Assembly (NCBI GenBank): GCA_016199085.1
Contig: JACQHJ010000008.1
Span: forward strand, 1 to 52,511
Source of the DNA: Candidatus Levyibacteriota bacterium
GTDB taxonomy: Bacteria; Patescibacteriota; Microgenomatia; Levybacterales; UBA12049
Length of the DNA stretch: 52,511 nucleotides
Direction of reading: 5' to 3'
Below, piece after piece: positions 22,633 to 32,674 of this stretch. The notes below the pieces were generated by a model, which saw only the letters and a program-made list of their open reading frames with translations, did not search any database and was not told the origin of the DNA. The translations under genes were made by a program, and so were the position numbers. Each line of letters starts with the position of its first letter. The first letter of the stretch is position 1.

Positions 22633-23220
22633 ATGGCAAGAACAAAAAAACAAATTCAGACAAGACAAAACGGACTTTTATCCCAGATTAAATGGGGAGA
22701 GTCTTATACGAGTCTTTTCCTTGGAGCAGTCGTAGTGGTTGTAGCGTTAGTTTTGGTTTTTTCTTTCCTTCGGGGAAGAAATGATCAGACCCAACAAACA
22801 ACCTCAACATCGGTAACTGCTGAAGAGCAAGTGGTAAACGGAAAAATTGTTCCAAAAGTATATACAGTTAAAGAAGGAGAAGATCTTTGGCACATTGCCC
22901 AAGGATTATACGGGTCCGGATATAACTGGGTAGATCTGGCCCAGGAAAATAAATTAACTGATCCAAATTATATCTCTGTCGGAGCAAAACTTACCGTCCC
23001 AAACGTAAAACCAAAAGAATTAACAACTGACGAGGTCGTAGCAACACAGCCTGCTTCAATAAAAGCTACCTCATATACAGTAGTTACGGGAGATTATCTT
23101 TGGGACATAGCGGTTAGGGCGTACGGAGACGGATTTAAGTGGGTTGAGATTTCAAAAGCAAATAGTCTTACAAACCCAGACTTAATCTATCCGGGAGACG
23201 TTTTAAAACTACCTAGATAA
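22633..23220 (+). CDS. Membrane-anchored protein with two LysM domains
   Basis: TM helix, then 'YTVKEGEDLWHIA' and 'YTVVTGDYLWDIA...NPDLIYPGDVL'; SD AAGGAGG. Confidence 0.9.
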   Translation: MARTKKQIQTRQNGLLSQIKWGESYTSLFLGAVVVVVALVLVFSFLRGRNDQTQQTTSTSVTAEEQVVNGKIVPKVYTVKEGEDLWHIAQGLYGSGYNWVDLAQENKLTDPNYISVGAKLTVPNVKPKELTTDEVVATQPASIKATSYTVVTGDYLWDIAVRAYGDGFKWVEISKANSLTNPDLIYPGDVLKLPR

Positions 23221-23517
23221 AACTACCTTACTTCGACGTTTTCGAGGAGTGTGGTAGATGTCTACAATTGGGGGAATTTGTTTAATATCCCTTACTGTTG
23301 CTGAGTCTAATAAGTACCTAACTTTACCTCTCATTAAGACACAGTTTTGTCTTCTTTCTTGTTGATTTGAATCGTATGATCTTAACACAACAGAAATAAG
23401 CTCATACTTTTCGTCTCGAGTAAAACCAGGGACAAGGGCGGCTATTTCACTAATTCTACATGCAACATCTTCAAACAAAATACCGACATTATATCTTTCG
23501 CTTCTTGTACTCATCAT
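23209..23517 (-). CDS. Hypothetical protein (orphan)
   Basis: 102-aa ORF filling an intergenic gap; TTGATT-N16-TATAAT just upstream. Confidence 0.55.
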   Translation of the reverse strand: MMSTRSERYNVGILFEDVACRISEIAALVPGFTRDEKYELISVVLRSYDSNQQERRQNCVLMRGKVRYLLDSATVRDIKQIPPIVDIYHTPRKRRSKVVLSR

Positions 23518-23591
23518 TTGGATTATACTCCAAGTCTTCCTTTAATCAAGGATTTGCACAAAAATAAAATTAAACTATAATTAGCTTTGAC

Positions 23592-23662
23592 GCGGGATTA
23601 GTACAGTGGTAGTATGCTACCTTCCCAAGGTAGAGATGCGAGTTCGATTCTCGTATCCCGCT
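23592..23662 (+). tRNA. tRNA-Gly(CCC)
   Basis: Acceptor GCGGGAT/ATCCCGC, anticodon arm CTACC-TTCCCAA-GGTAG, T-loop TTCGATT. Confidence 0.96.
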
Positions 23663-23749
23663 CACTCTATACAATGAAAGAATTAAAAACTGCTGTGTAA
23701 AACAGACATTACCAGTTGACTGCATTTGGGAATTTTGATATAGTAAATC

Positions 23750-25417
23750 GTGCCCAGTAGAAAATCTACAAAATATATATTTGTATCAGGTGGGGTAATA
23801 TCCGGAATCGGAAAAGGAACCACCGTTGCCTCTATCGCTCTTCTCTTAAAGTCTTCGGGATACAAAGTTTCACCTATAAAATTTGAGAATTATTTAAACA
23901 TAGATGCCGGTACTATCAATCCAATCGAGCACGGAGATCCGTTTCTTTGCGAAGACGGAACAGAAGGCGATATGGATATCGGAAGTTATGAAAAATACCT
24001 AAACGAGGATATGGGAAAGGATAATTTTGTAACAATGGGGCAAATTTATAAAACCGTAATAGACAGGGAAAGACGTTTTGAATATAACGGTGAAGATGTA
24101 GAAGCAATCCCGTATATAACTGATGAGATTATTGCAAGAATTGAGAATCTTGCAAAAAAAGATAATAGCGACATAGTAATAATTGAATTGGGCGGGACGG
24201 CAGGGGAATATCAAAACCTTTTTTATTACGAGGCATCGAGAATGATTTCTTTAAAAAAACCCGGGGATGTCCTACATATTCATGTAAGTTACGTTCCTAC
24301 ACCAAGTCATCTTGGAGAACCTAAAACAAAACCTACACAGCTATCTGTCAGGACGTTAAACTCAATGGGAATTCAACCTGATTTTGTAATTACAAGAAGT
24401 GAGAAGTTTTTAGATCAAAGAAGAAGAGACAGAGTAGCTCTTTTTGGCAATATACACCCAGACGATGTCATATCAAGCCCTGATGTAGACAGTGTATATG
24501 AAATTCCTGTGGTATTAGAAAAACAGGGAATGGATGCAAAGATATTAAAAAAATTAAATCTTAAAAACGCAAAACCCAACTTAACTGAATGGAAAAAATT
24601 TATCAACAGTACTAAAAGACATACTAAAATCATAAGAATTGCAATTGTTGGTAAATATTTCGGAACAGGGGAGTATCAATTAAAAGATTCATACGCAGCT
24701 CTTTTCGATGCTATAGACCATGCCAGTTGGAAATTGGGAGTTAAAACAGAAACTGTTTGGGTAGATGCGGAAAGAGTTGAAAAGTTAGGTACAGAAAAAG
24801 TCTTTTCCGATGTTGGGAAAATTGACGGCATAATTGTTCCAATAGGTTGGGGAGAGCGGGGAGCAGAAGGAATGATCCAGGCAGCCTCTTTTGCAAGAAT
24901 TAACAAAGTCCCCTACCTTGGTCTTTGTTACGGAATGCAGCTGGCTACAATTGCTTTTGCAAGAGATGTTCTTAATTTTAAAGATGCAAACACAGAGGAA
25001 AATAAAAAGACTAAACATCCCGTGATTCATTTTATTTCTGAACAAAAAGATTTAGTAAGAAAAAAAGAATTTGGCGGAACAATGAGACTAGGCGGATGGG
25101 ACGCAATAATTAAAAAAAACACACGTACCTACCAAATCTATGATAAACACAAAGGGTTTAAGGATAAGAAAAAAGATTTAACCAGTGAAAGACACAGGCA
25201 TAGATATGAATTTAACAATAAGTATGCTTTAGAATTTGAAAGAAACGGACTAATAATATCTGCAAGATCTGTTAAAGAAAATCTTGTCGAGATTGTTGAG
25301 CTTTCCCAAAAAGACCACCCTTTCTATCTTGGTACACAAGGACACCCCGAATATAAAAGCAGACCTCTTAGTCCTCATCCAATCTTTCTGGAGTTTATAA
25401 CCGCTTGCAGCAAATAA
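23750..25417 (+). CDS. pyrG: CTP synthase
   Basis: 'GGVISGIGKG', 'KTKPTQ', 'GLCYGMQ', 'ERHRHRYE', 'QGHPEY'; GTG start after TTGACT-N17-TATAGT. Confidence 0.97.
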   Translation: MPSRKSTKYIFVSGGVISGIGKGTTVASIALLLKSSGYKVSPIKFENYLNIDAGTINPIEHGDPFLCEDGTEGDMDIGSYEKYLNEDMGKDNFVTMGQIYKTVIDRERRFEYNGEDVEAIPYITDEIIARIENLAKKDNSDIVIIELGGTAGEYQNLFYYEASRMISLKKPGDVLHIHVSYVPTPSHLGEPKTKPTQLSVRTLNSMGIQPDFVITRSEKFLDQRRRDRVALFGNIHPDDVISSPDVDSVYEIPVVLEKQGMDAKILKKLNLKNAKPNLTEWKKFINSTKRHTKIIRIAIVGKYFGTGEYQLKDSYAALFDAIDHASWKLGVKTETVWVDAERVEKLGTEKVFSDVGKIDGIIVPIGWGERGAEGMIQAASFARINKVPYLGLCYGMQLATIAFARDVLNFKDANTEENKKTKHPVIHFISEQKDLVRKKEFGGTMRLGGWDAIIKKNTRTYQIYDKHKGFKDKKKDLTSERHRHRYEFNNKYALEFERNGLIISARSVKENLVEIVELSQKDHPFYLGTQGHPEYKSRPLSPHPIFLEFITACSK

Positions 25418-25456
25418 ATATTGAGAAAATGCCCTATTTAAGATATAATCATACAC

Positions 25457-25744
25457 ATGATTTCACAAATTGATTTCGTTGTCGGAGATACAGTTAGAGT
25501 TTTCCAAAAAGTAACAGAAGGAGAAAAAACAAGAACTCAGGTTTTTGAAGGTGTTGTTTTAGGCATTAAGGGAAGAGGAGAAAACAAAACGTTCACAGTT
25601 AGAAAGCTTGTTGGAGATATAGCTGTTGAAAGAATTTTTCCGATGCTTTCTCCAAATATTGAAAAAGTAGTTGTAAAAGCTCACTCAAAGAAAAAAATCA
25701 GACGTGCGAAACTATATTACCTTCGAAACAGCACCCCAAGATAA
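25457..25744 (+). CDS. rplS: 50S ribosomal protein L19
   Basis: 'GDTVRV', 'QVFEGVV', 'TFTVRK', 'RRAKLYYLR'. Confidence 0.96.
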   Translation: MISQIDFVVGDTVRVFQKVTEGEKTRTQVFEGVVLGIKGRGENKTFTVRKLVGDIAVERIFPMLSPNIEKVVVKAHSKKKIRRAKLYYLRNSTPR

Positions 25745-25811
25745 GAATTTTATAAACTTTTCCTCAAGACCTTGACACATTTTCCAATAAGTGTATTATT
25801 AAATTAAATCC

Positions 25812-25829
25812 GTTTGTATTTTTTTCGTA
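25812..25829 (+). promoter_or_regulatory. Candidate LexA operator upstream of DUF763 gene
   Basis: GTTTGTATTTTTTTCGTA (TTTGT-N6-TTCGT direct repeat), 15/18 identical to the site in the lexA promoter; lies downstream of TTGACA-N16-TATTAT. Confidence 0.4.
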
Positions 25830-25838
25830 ATTTAAATT

Positions 25839-26990
25839 ATGATTAAACGAGGCTTAGCTACTTTTACTCTTGATACCGGCAAATGCCCTCCCTGGCTTTT
25901 TGAAAGAATGGTAAGGCTTGGAAGGTCAATGACTGAGGTTTTGATCGATGAATACGGTCCTGATGAATACATCAAAAGAATTGCAGATCCGATTTGGTTT
26001 CAGTCTTTGGGAACGGTTCTAGCTTTTGACTGGAATGCCTCGGGGCTTACTACAATTTTAACCGCAGCACTTAAGGAAGCTATTAAAGATCAGGAGAAAG
26101 ACCTTGGTATTTTTATTGCAGGAGGAAAGGGAGCAACAAGCCGCAAAACGCCTGACCAGATAGAGACTTGGGGAAATAGGCTTAATTTTAACGATGAGAA
26201 GACGAAAAGTTTGGTCTATTCCTCTAAGATGAGTGCAAAAGTCGATAGTTCCTTGGTTCAGGATGGCTATACGTTATACCACCATGCATTTTTCTTTAGT
26301 AAAAGTGGCTCTTGGACTGTAGTCCAACAGGGAATGAATACACAAAATTCTACAGCAAGAAGATATCATTGGTATTCTGATAGTTTTGATAGTTTTGTAA
26401 ACGAACCCCACAGCGGAATTGCGAGTCAGCTTTTTAAGAAAAAGGCTTTAAATCTTGTTGCAAAGGCAAGTTTTAAAAACAGAAAAGTGTCATTAGAACT
26501 TGCCAATGCTAGCTATTTGACGCTTATGAAAGACATTCAGATTCTTCGAAAGCACGACTCAGAGCTTACAAAAATGATTGCTCTAAAAACAGGTGACGAA
26601 CAATTAACAATAGCAAGCATTGCTGGACTTGAGTTTAAGCACCACCCAGTTGAATACGAGGATTTTGGAAAAAGTAAGTATCTAGAAAAGATTCTTGCAA
26701 GAATCACAGAGTTAAGACCCCAAAATTATGAAAAGCTTTTGGAGATAAAAGGAGTGGGCGGAAAAACAATGAGAGCATTGTCTTTGGTTTCAGAAATAAT
26801 CTATGGTGCTGATCCTTCATATGAAGATCCGGCAAGGTATAGTTTTGCCCACGGAGGAAAAGACGCAACGCCATATCCGGTTGACAGAAAAACTTATGAT
26901 AAGACTATTCAGATACTACAAACCGCAGTAAGAAAAGCAAAAATAAGTCCTGTTGAGAAAGATAAAGCTTTAAGAAGAATTTCGAAATAA
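25839..26990 (+). CDS. DUF763 domain protein
   Basis: 'CPPWLFERM', 'DWNASGLTT', 'WTVVQQGMN', HhH-like 'LLEIKGVGGKT', 'SFAHGGKDATPYPVD'. Confidence 0.85.
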   Translation: MIKRGLATFTLDTGKCPPWLFERMVRLGRSMTEVLIDEYGPDEYIKRIADPIWFQSLGTVLAFDWNASGLTTILTAALKEAIKDQEKDLGIFIAGGKGATSRKTPDQIETWGNRLNFNDEKTKSLVYSSKMSAKVDSSLVQDGYTLYHHAFFFSKSGSWTVVQQGMNTQNSTARRYHWYSDSFDSFVNEPHSGIASQLFKKKALNLVAKASFKNRKVSLELANASYLTLMKDIQILRKHDSELTKMIALKTGDEQLTIASIAGLEFKHHPVEYEDFGKSKYLEKILARITELRPQNYEKLLEIKGVGGKTMRALSLVSEIIYGADPSYEDPARYSFAHGGKDATPYPVDRKTYDKTIQILQTAVRKAKISPVEKDKALRRISK

Positions 26991-26991
26991 A

Positions 26992-27336
26992 TTACGATTC
27001 CGTTATATGATCATGTAGGGGAATTATGGAGGTTCTATCGGTAAATGCTGTAACCGGTCCAGCCTGTAATGATCCTCTTTGTTCAACTGTTCCATGACCG
27101 CTAAGACCTACGCTTGGTTGGTCAATTTCGACTGCGGATGCTGGGTGGCCACCTATGACTGGTTCATCGGAAGGAGTTGGTTCTCTTCGTCCATAATCTA
27201 ATGCAGGATCCCAATGTTCAATAACCCTGTGGGGAAGTGGCCTACCTGCGGTAAAAAGCGATCTTACCAGTCTTTTTACACGAGCATCTGGTCCTCTTCT
27301 TACTCTTTCACCTGTTTTTGGTCCTCGTTCTGACAT
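26992..27336 (-). CDS. Hypothetical protein (orphan)
   Basis: 114-aa ORF filling a gap; consensus promoter TTGACT-N17-TATAAT upstream. Confidence 0.6.
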   Translation of the reverse strand: MSERGPKTGERVRRGPDARVKRLVRSLFTAGRPLPHRVIEHWDPALDYGRREPTPSDEPVIGGHPASAVEIDQPSVGLSGHGTVEQRGSLQAGPVTAFTDRTSIIPLHDHITES

Positions 27337-27382
27337 ATAAATAAGATTCTGATTATATATTTAATTCGACTATAAGTCAAAT

Positions 27383-29368
27383 TTAGCGGCGAAGCGTTCT
27401 TATCTGATCACGAAGAATTGTAGCCGTCTCAAAATCTAATTCTTTGGCAGCGTTTTGCATCTCTTTTCTTAATTTCTTAATCAGCTTTTCTTTTTCATCT
27501 GGTAGTAAAATCTCTTTTTTTTGAAGAGTTTGAAGATAATTTATTTCTTCTTCCTCCACTTGTTGTTCAACTAATTTTGCTCGTATTGCTTTTTGAATAG
27601 TTTGAGGAGTAATTTGATGTTTTTTATTGTATTCAAGCTGTTTTTTTCTTCTTCTTTCAACTTCTTCTATTGCTGCTTTCATAGATTTTGTAACAGTATC
27701 AGCATACATTATCACCCGGCTGTCAATGTTTCGGGCAGCTCTTCCCATGGTTTGGATAAGGGAAGTCCTGCTTCTTAAAAATCCTTCTTTATCTGCATCC
27801 AAAATAGCAACGAGCGCCACCTCTGGTAGATCAAGACCTTCCCTTAAAAGATTAATACCAACCAAAACGTCATATTCTCCCTCTCTTAGTCTGTCTAAAA
27901 CGTCTTGTCTGTCTAAAGTCTCAATATCTGAGTGAAGATAGGAAATCTTAATATCTCTTTCTTTTAGATATGAAGAAAGGTCTTCGGCCATCCTTTTGGT
28001 AAGCGTCGTAACCAATACTCTTTGTTTTTTGGCAACTGCCTTCTCAATCTCTTTTATTAAATCTTCAATCTGTCCTTTAGTCGGTCTGACGCTAACCTCG
28101 GGATCAACCAGCCCGGTTGGTCTAATAAGCTGTTCTGCAATGCCGTCGTATTGTGTTGCAAGAGAAAGTTCATATTCATCAGGCGTTGCGCTGACATAAA
28201 TAGCCTTATCTATCCTTGTCATAAACTCCTCAAATTTTAATGGTCTATTGTCCAGTGCAGAAGGAAGTCTGAATCCATAATCAATTAATGTCTGTTTTCT
28301 ACTTCTATCCCCGTTATACATTCCTCGAATTTGGGGAACAGTAATGTGTGACTCATCAATTATTGTTAAGTAGTCTTTTGAACACTGTGACATGTAGTTT
28401 AGAAGAGAAAAAGGAGGATCCCCGGGTTTTCTTCCGTCAAAATATCTTGAATAGTTTTCGATACCGTTGACATAGCCAAGCTCCGAGATCATATCCAAGT
28501 CAAAGCTTGTTCGCTGTTGCAGTCTTTGGGCTTCCAAAAGCTTTCCTTCTGCTTTTAGCTGACCAGCCCTTTGCTCCATATCTTTCCTTATTTGCGGAAA
28601 AACATCCTTATATGTAGAAGGGTCTGTCATATAGTGTTTTGCAGGATAAATGACAGTTGAATCAAGGATTTTTACAACGTTTCCGGTTATGGCGCTGAAT
28701 TCGTAAAGCTTGGTTAAAATTCCGTTTTGGACGACAAATCTAAGACCGTTATCTAAGTAAGCGGGAAAAAGATCTATATCTTCACCCCTAACCCTAAAAG
28801 TTCCCCTGGTAAAGCCATAGTCGTTTCTTTCGTATTGCAAATCAGAAAGTCTAGTCAGAATATCCCTTTGATTGATCTTTACTCCCGGTCTAATTTCCAT
28901 TACGAATTTTCCGTATTCGATGGGAGAGCCTAGGTTATAAATACAGGAGACAGATGCAATTACGATTACATCTTTTCGTGTAAGAAGATTTGTCGTAGCA
29001 GACAATCTTAGTTTATCAATCTCTTCATTTATCTCAACCTCTTTTTCAATATATGTATCAGACGAGGGAATATACGCTTCAGGCTGATAGAAATCGTAAT
29101 ATGAAACAAAATATGAAACTGCATTTTCAGGAAAGAAATCCCTAAACTCCTGGTAGAGCTGGCCGGCAAGAGTTTTATTGTGAGAAATGATAAGAGTAGG
29201 CTTTTGAATATTTTGGATGACGTTTGAAATGGAAAATGTTTTTCCAGATCCAGTTGTTCCAAGTAGTACTTGATGTTTTGAATTATTTACAAGACCTTTC
29301 GTCAGTTTCTCAATTGCTTGGGGCTGGTCGCCTGTAGGTTTAAAGTTAGATACTAATTTAAAGCTCAC
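27383..29368 (-). CDS. uvrB: Excinuclease ABC subunit B
   Basis: 'PTGDQPQAI', 'GTTGSGKT', 'YYDFYQPEAY', 'DESH', C-terminal UVR motif. Confidence 0.98.
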   Translation of the reverse strand: MSFKLVSNFKPTGDQPQAIEKLTKGLVNNSKHQVLLGTTGSGKTFSISNVIQNIQKPTLIISHNKTLAGQLYQEFRDFFPENAVSYFVSYYDFYQPEAYIPSSDTYIEKEVEINEEIDKLRLSATTNLLTRKDVIVIASVSCIYNLGSPIEYGKFVMEIRPGVKINQRDILTRLSDLQYERNDYGFTRGTFRVRGEDIDLFPAYLDNGLRFVVQNGILTKLYEFSAITGNVVKILDSTVIYPAKHYMTDPSTYKDVFPQIRKDMEQRAGQLKAEGKLLEAQRLQQRTSFDLDMISELGYVNGIENYSRYFDGRKPGDPPFSLLNYMSQCSKDYLTIIDESHITVPQIRGMYNGDRSRKQTLIDYGFRLPSALDNRPLKFEEFMTRIDKAIYVSATPDEYELSLATQYDGIAEQLIRPTGLVDPEVSVRPTKGQIEDLIKEIEKAVAKKQRVLVTTLTKRMAEDLSSYLKERDIKISYLHSDIETLDRQDVLDRLREGEYDVLVGINLLREGLDLPEVALVAILDADKEGFLRSRTSLIQTMGRAARNIDSRVIMYADTVTKSMKAAIEEVERRRKKQLEYNKKHQITPQTIQKAIRAKLVEQQVEEEEINYLQTLQKKEILLPDEKEKLIKKLRKEMQNAAKELDFETATILRDQIRTLRR

Positions 29369-29405
29369 AAACCCATTTTAACACAATAAGATACAGTAAG
29401 ACTAC

Positions 29406-29435
29406 TTGACAAAGTTTCATTTTTTTTCGTATAAA
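29406..29435 (+). promoter_or_regulatory. lexA sigma70 promoter with candidate LexA operator (29414-29431)
   Basis: TTGACA-N18-TATAAA; spacer holds GTTTCATTTTTTTTCGTA, similar to 25812-25829. Confidence 0.45.
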
Positions 29436-29467
29436 ATATACATAGACCCAAAAAGAGAGAAATAAAT

Positions 29468-30094
29468 ATGGCCGGAGTATTATATAGAAAAGAAAGAGAA
29501 GTCTTGGAATTTTTAGCCCAGTTTCAAAGACAATACGGGTATTCTCCAACGCTGTCTGAAATAGCACAAGGAACAGGACACAAAAGCAACTCCACTGTGC
29601 ATACTATTATCAAGTCTTTGGTCGATAAGGGTTATGTCCAAAAATCTGATGGAAACACCAGGCTTTTAAAAATTGTGGATGAAAAAGTGCAATTTTCCCT
29701 TCTTGGCAGCAAACCCGCAATAGAACTGCCGCTTTTGGGATACATAGCCGCAGGGCAACCCCTGGAACCATACAGTGACCCGAATGCATCTTTTTTTGTC
29801 TCCGCGTCCCTTTTGTCAGGAAAAAATACAGCCTATGTATTACAGGTAAAGGGCAGGTCAATGATTGAAGACGGAATATTAGACGGAGACTATGTGGTAA
29901 TAGAAAAAGTAACGGAAGCTGCAAACGGAGAAATAGTCGTAGCCATGGTTGATGATAATCTGGCAACTTTAAAAAAGTTCTATAAAGAAGACGGCAGAGT
30001 TATTTTAAAGCCTGCGAATTCGGAAATGGCACCTATTTATCCCACCAAACTTACCATACAGGGAAAAGTGGTGGGACTTGTCAGAAAGTTTTAA
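29468..30094 (+). CDS. lexA: LexA repressor
   Basis: wHTH 'GYSPTLSEIA', cleavage site 'IAAGQP', catalytic Ser 'GRSMI', Lys 'ATLKK'. Confidence 0.95.
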   Translation: MAGVLYRKEREVLEFLAQFQRQYGYSPTLSEIAQGTGHKSNSTVHTIIKSLVDKGYVQKSDGNTRLLKIVDEKVQFSLLGSKPAIELPLLGYIAAGQPLEPYSDPNASFFVSASLLSGKNTAYVLQVKGRSMIEDGILDGDYVVIEKVTEAANGEIVVAMVDDNLATLKKFYKEDGRVILKPANSEMAPIYPTKLTIQGKVVGLVRKF

Positions 30095-30098
30095 AAGT

Positions 30099-30722
30099 TT
30101 ATTTTCTAAACTTAATGATTTTTAACTTGTGGTTTATGTACCACAAAGCGCCGAGGATAAAGACTGCGGCAATCAAAATCTCAAACCTTCTGTAAATTGG
30201 CTCCAATGAATGCCACTCATTTCCAAAATAGACACCTACGTATGTAAGAAGGGCTGACCAGATAAAAGAACCGATAAATGTATAAAAAGAGAATTTCCAA
30301 ATATTCATTTCAGCAAGTCCGGCAGGGAGTGAAATAAACGTTCGCACAGCAGGCAGTACTCTTGAGAAAAATGCAACAAAGTCTCCGTACTTTTTAAGAA
30401 GATGTACTCCTTTTAGATAATCATGCTCTGTGACTAATAAGAATTTTCCGTATTTGTTGACCAATTTTAGTATCACGTGTTCTTCAAGATAAAAACCGAG
30501 GCCGTAGGCAATAAGAGAGCCTACGAGGTTTCCTACAGTTCCGGCAAGAACTACTAACCAAAAATTTAGTTTTCCCTGCTCAACCAGGAAACCTGCAAAA
30601 GGCATTGTTACTTCAGAGGGGATAGGAATTAAGGCGGACTCAAGCGTCATTAGAACAAACACGCCGAGATAGCCAGTAGATTCGATTAGTTGTATAATAA
30701 AGCCTGTTAAAAGTTCTAGCAT
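30099..30722 (-). CDS. dedA: DedA family membrane protein
   Basis: 'LESALIPIPSEVTMPFAGF', 'SRVLPAVRTFISLPAG'. Confidence 0.92.
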   Translation of the reverse strand: MLELLTGFIIQLIESTGYLGVFVLMTLESALIPIPSEVTMPFAGFLVEQGKLNFWLVVLAGTVGNLVGSLIAYGLGFYLEEHVILKLVNKYGKFLLVTEHDYLKGVHLLKKYGDFVAFFSRVLPAVRTFISLPAGLAEMNIWKFSFYTFIGSFIWSALLTYVGVYFGNEWHSLEPIYRRFEILIAAVFILGALWYINHKLKIIKFRK

Positions 30723-31418
30723 ATGGGCAATTTATACATTGTAGCAACACCTATAGGCAATTTACAAGACATAACACTAAGGGCACTAGAAACCCTGGAA
30801 GAGGTTGATTTTATTGCATCTGAGGATACAAGAAAAACAACAATTCTAATCAATAATTTCTTTAAAGGAAAAGAAAGGCTGATGCAGGACAAGCTTTTTT
30901 CATACTATGAACAGGTTGAAGTGCAAAAAATACCTCAGGTTGTAAACTTGCTTAAAAACGGGAAAAACGTAGCTTTGGTATCAGATGCGGGTACGCCCGC
31001 AGTTTCAGATCCCGGGTTTAAGTTAATCAGGGAATGCATAAAAGAGGGGATTAGCGTCATTTCGATTCCGGGTCCGAGTTCTATTTTACCCTCTCTTACG
31101 TCATCAGGACTTCCAACCGACAAGTTTTTGTTCTTAGGATTCTTACCTCAAAAACCAGGACACAGAGTTAAGCTTTTGGAAAATCTTAGAGAAAGCCTTA
31201 AATTTATAAATTCAACTGTAATTATCTTTGAATCGCCGTATAAGCTGGTAAAAAGCCTTTTGGATATAGAAAAGGTTTTCGGAGATATAGAAGTAGTAAT
31301 CGTAAGAGAAATTACAAAAATTCACGAAGAGATAAAAAAAGATAAAATATCTAACCTTTTAGATTTTTATAAAGGAAAAATAAAGGGAGAAATCGTAATT
31401 CTATTTAACCTAAAGTGA
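30723..31418 (+). CDS. rsmI: 16S rRNA (cytidine1402-2'-O)-methyltransferase
   Basis: 'LYIVATPIGNLQDITLRA', 'EDTR', 'SDAGTPAVSDPG', 'REITKIHEE'. Confidence 0.95.
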   Translation: MGNLYIVATPIGNLQDITLRALETLEEVDFIASEDTRKTTILINNFFKGKERLMQDKLFSYYEQVEVQKIPQVVNLLKNGKNVALVSDAGTPAVSDPGFKLIRECIKEGISVISIPGPSSILPSLTSSGLPTDKFLFLGFLPQKPGHRVKLLENLRESLKFINSTVIIFESPYKLVKSLLDIEKVFGDIEVVIVREITKIHEEIKKDKISNLLDFYKGKIKGEIVILFNLK

Positions 31419-32669
31419 TTTTAATTGGCTTTCGATTGATAAAAGCCTATTGTATTTAGCGACCCTTTCACCTCTGACTGGTGCTCCAAACTTTACGTAA
31501 TCGGCTGAAACAGCTACGGCAAAGTCCGCTATAAAATCGTCGTTTGTCTCTCCGCTTCTATGCGACACGACTACTTTAAGCCCTGCCTGTTTTGCCATTT
31601 CACAAACAGCCAAAGACTCAAGAATTGTACCAATCTGGTTAGGCTTAATAATTACTCCGCTTAAGGCACTTTTTGATATTGCTTCGGAGAGTCTGAAGGG
31701 ATTTGTTGCAACAAGATCGTCTCCAACTATTAGCGTCTGCTGACTCATGGTAGCATAAAGCTCTTTCCATCCTTCCCAGTCGTCCTCTGCAAGTCCGTCC
31801 TCAAGGTATAAAAGATGGAACTGTTCGTTGACCATCTTATAAAACATGATTAAATCCTTTGAAGTAAGGGTTGTTGATTTATCTCTAATCATATATTTAT
31901 TCTCGTTGTAAAAGTTATTCGCTGCGGCATCAAGACCTAAAAACATGTCAAAACCAACTCTCAAATTAGCCGCTTCCAGGGCCTGTTTTATTAAAAGTAA
32001 GGCATCCTGGTTTGAAGAAAGCTTGGGAGAAAAACCGCCCTCATAGCCGATTAAAGACGATAGATTATTGCTTTCGATTGCTTTTTTCAGCGCAAAATAA
32101 ACATTTGTCCCAAGCTGGAGGCTTTCCGAGTATTTCTTGCTTGTTGCGGGAATGATCAAAAATTCCTGGAAGTCGATACTGCCGCCTCCGTGTACTCCGC
32201 CGTTTATGATGTTAAAACAAGGTGTAGGAATTTTAAGTGGAGCATCGTCTTTTTTTACAAATTCGCGTAAATACAAAAATAATGGAAGTACAGCGCTTCT
32301 GGCCGAGGCTTTTGCAACTGCAATGGAAACGGATAAAATAGCGTTTGCACCGATTTTGCTTTTGTTGGGTGTTGCGTCTAATTCAATCATCTTTTTGTCA
32401 ACTTGTTGCTGATTTGAAGCTTCAAGCCCTGTTAAAAGGGGAGTAAGTACTTTATGAATGCTACCTATGGCATTTAAGACTCCGTTGCCGTTAAATCTTT
32501 TTGGATCGTTATCTTTTAAATCAACTGCTTCATATTTACCTACAGATGTACCGCTTGGAACAGAAGCAATACCGACGGCTCCGTCACTTAGTATAACCGT
32601 TGTTTCAATTGTGGGCTCGCCTTTGGCGTTTAATATTTCCCTTGCAGAGATTTGTTTTATTTTTGCCAT
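31410..32669 (-). CDS. eno: Enolase
   Basis: 'NIINGGVH', 'DFQEF', 'VGDDL', 'IKPNQIGT', 'SHRSGET', 'KYNRLL'. Confidence 0.95.
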   Translation of the reverse strand: MAKIKQISAREILNAKGEPTIETTVILSDGAVGIASVPSGTSVGKYEAVDLKDNDPKRFNGNGVLNAIGSIHKVLTPLLTGLEASNQQQVDKKMIELDATPNKSKIGANAILSVSIAVAKASARSAVLPLFLYLREFVKKDDAPLKIPTPCFNIINGGVHGGGSIDFQEFLIIPATSKKYSESLQLGTNVYFALKKAIESNNLSSLIGYEGGFSPKLSSNQDALLLIKQALEAANLRVGFDMFLGLDAAANNFYNENKYMIRDKSTTLTSKDLIMFYKMVNEQFHLLYLEDGLAEDDWEGWKELYATMSQQTLIVGDDLVATNPFRLSEAISKSALSGVIIKPNQIGTILESLAVCEMAKQAGLKVVVSHRSGETNDDFIADFAVAVSADYVKFGAPVRGERVAKYNRLLSIESQLKSL

Positions 32670-32674
32670 ATTTA

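Noticed and set aside
22513-23750. Similar att-repeat arrays at tRNA-Thr, tRNA-Asp or tRNA-Gly
   Set aside because: By eye I found no duplicated tRNA 3' ends or NWNQ-type repeats downstream of them. The region downstream of tRNA-Lys is outside the window.
31410-32669. Inactive enolase (GYEGG instead of GDEGG)
   Set aside because: The catalytic Glu and Lys, the metal ligands and SHRSGET are all retained.
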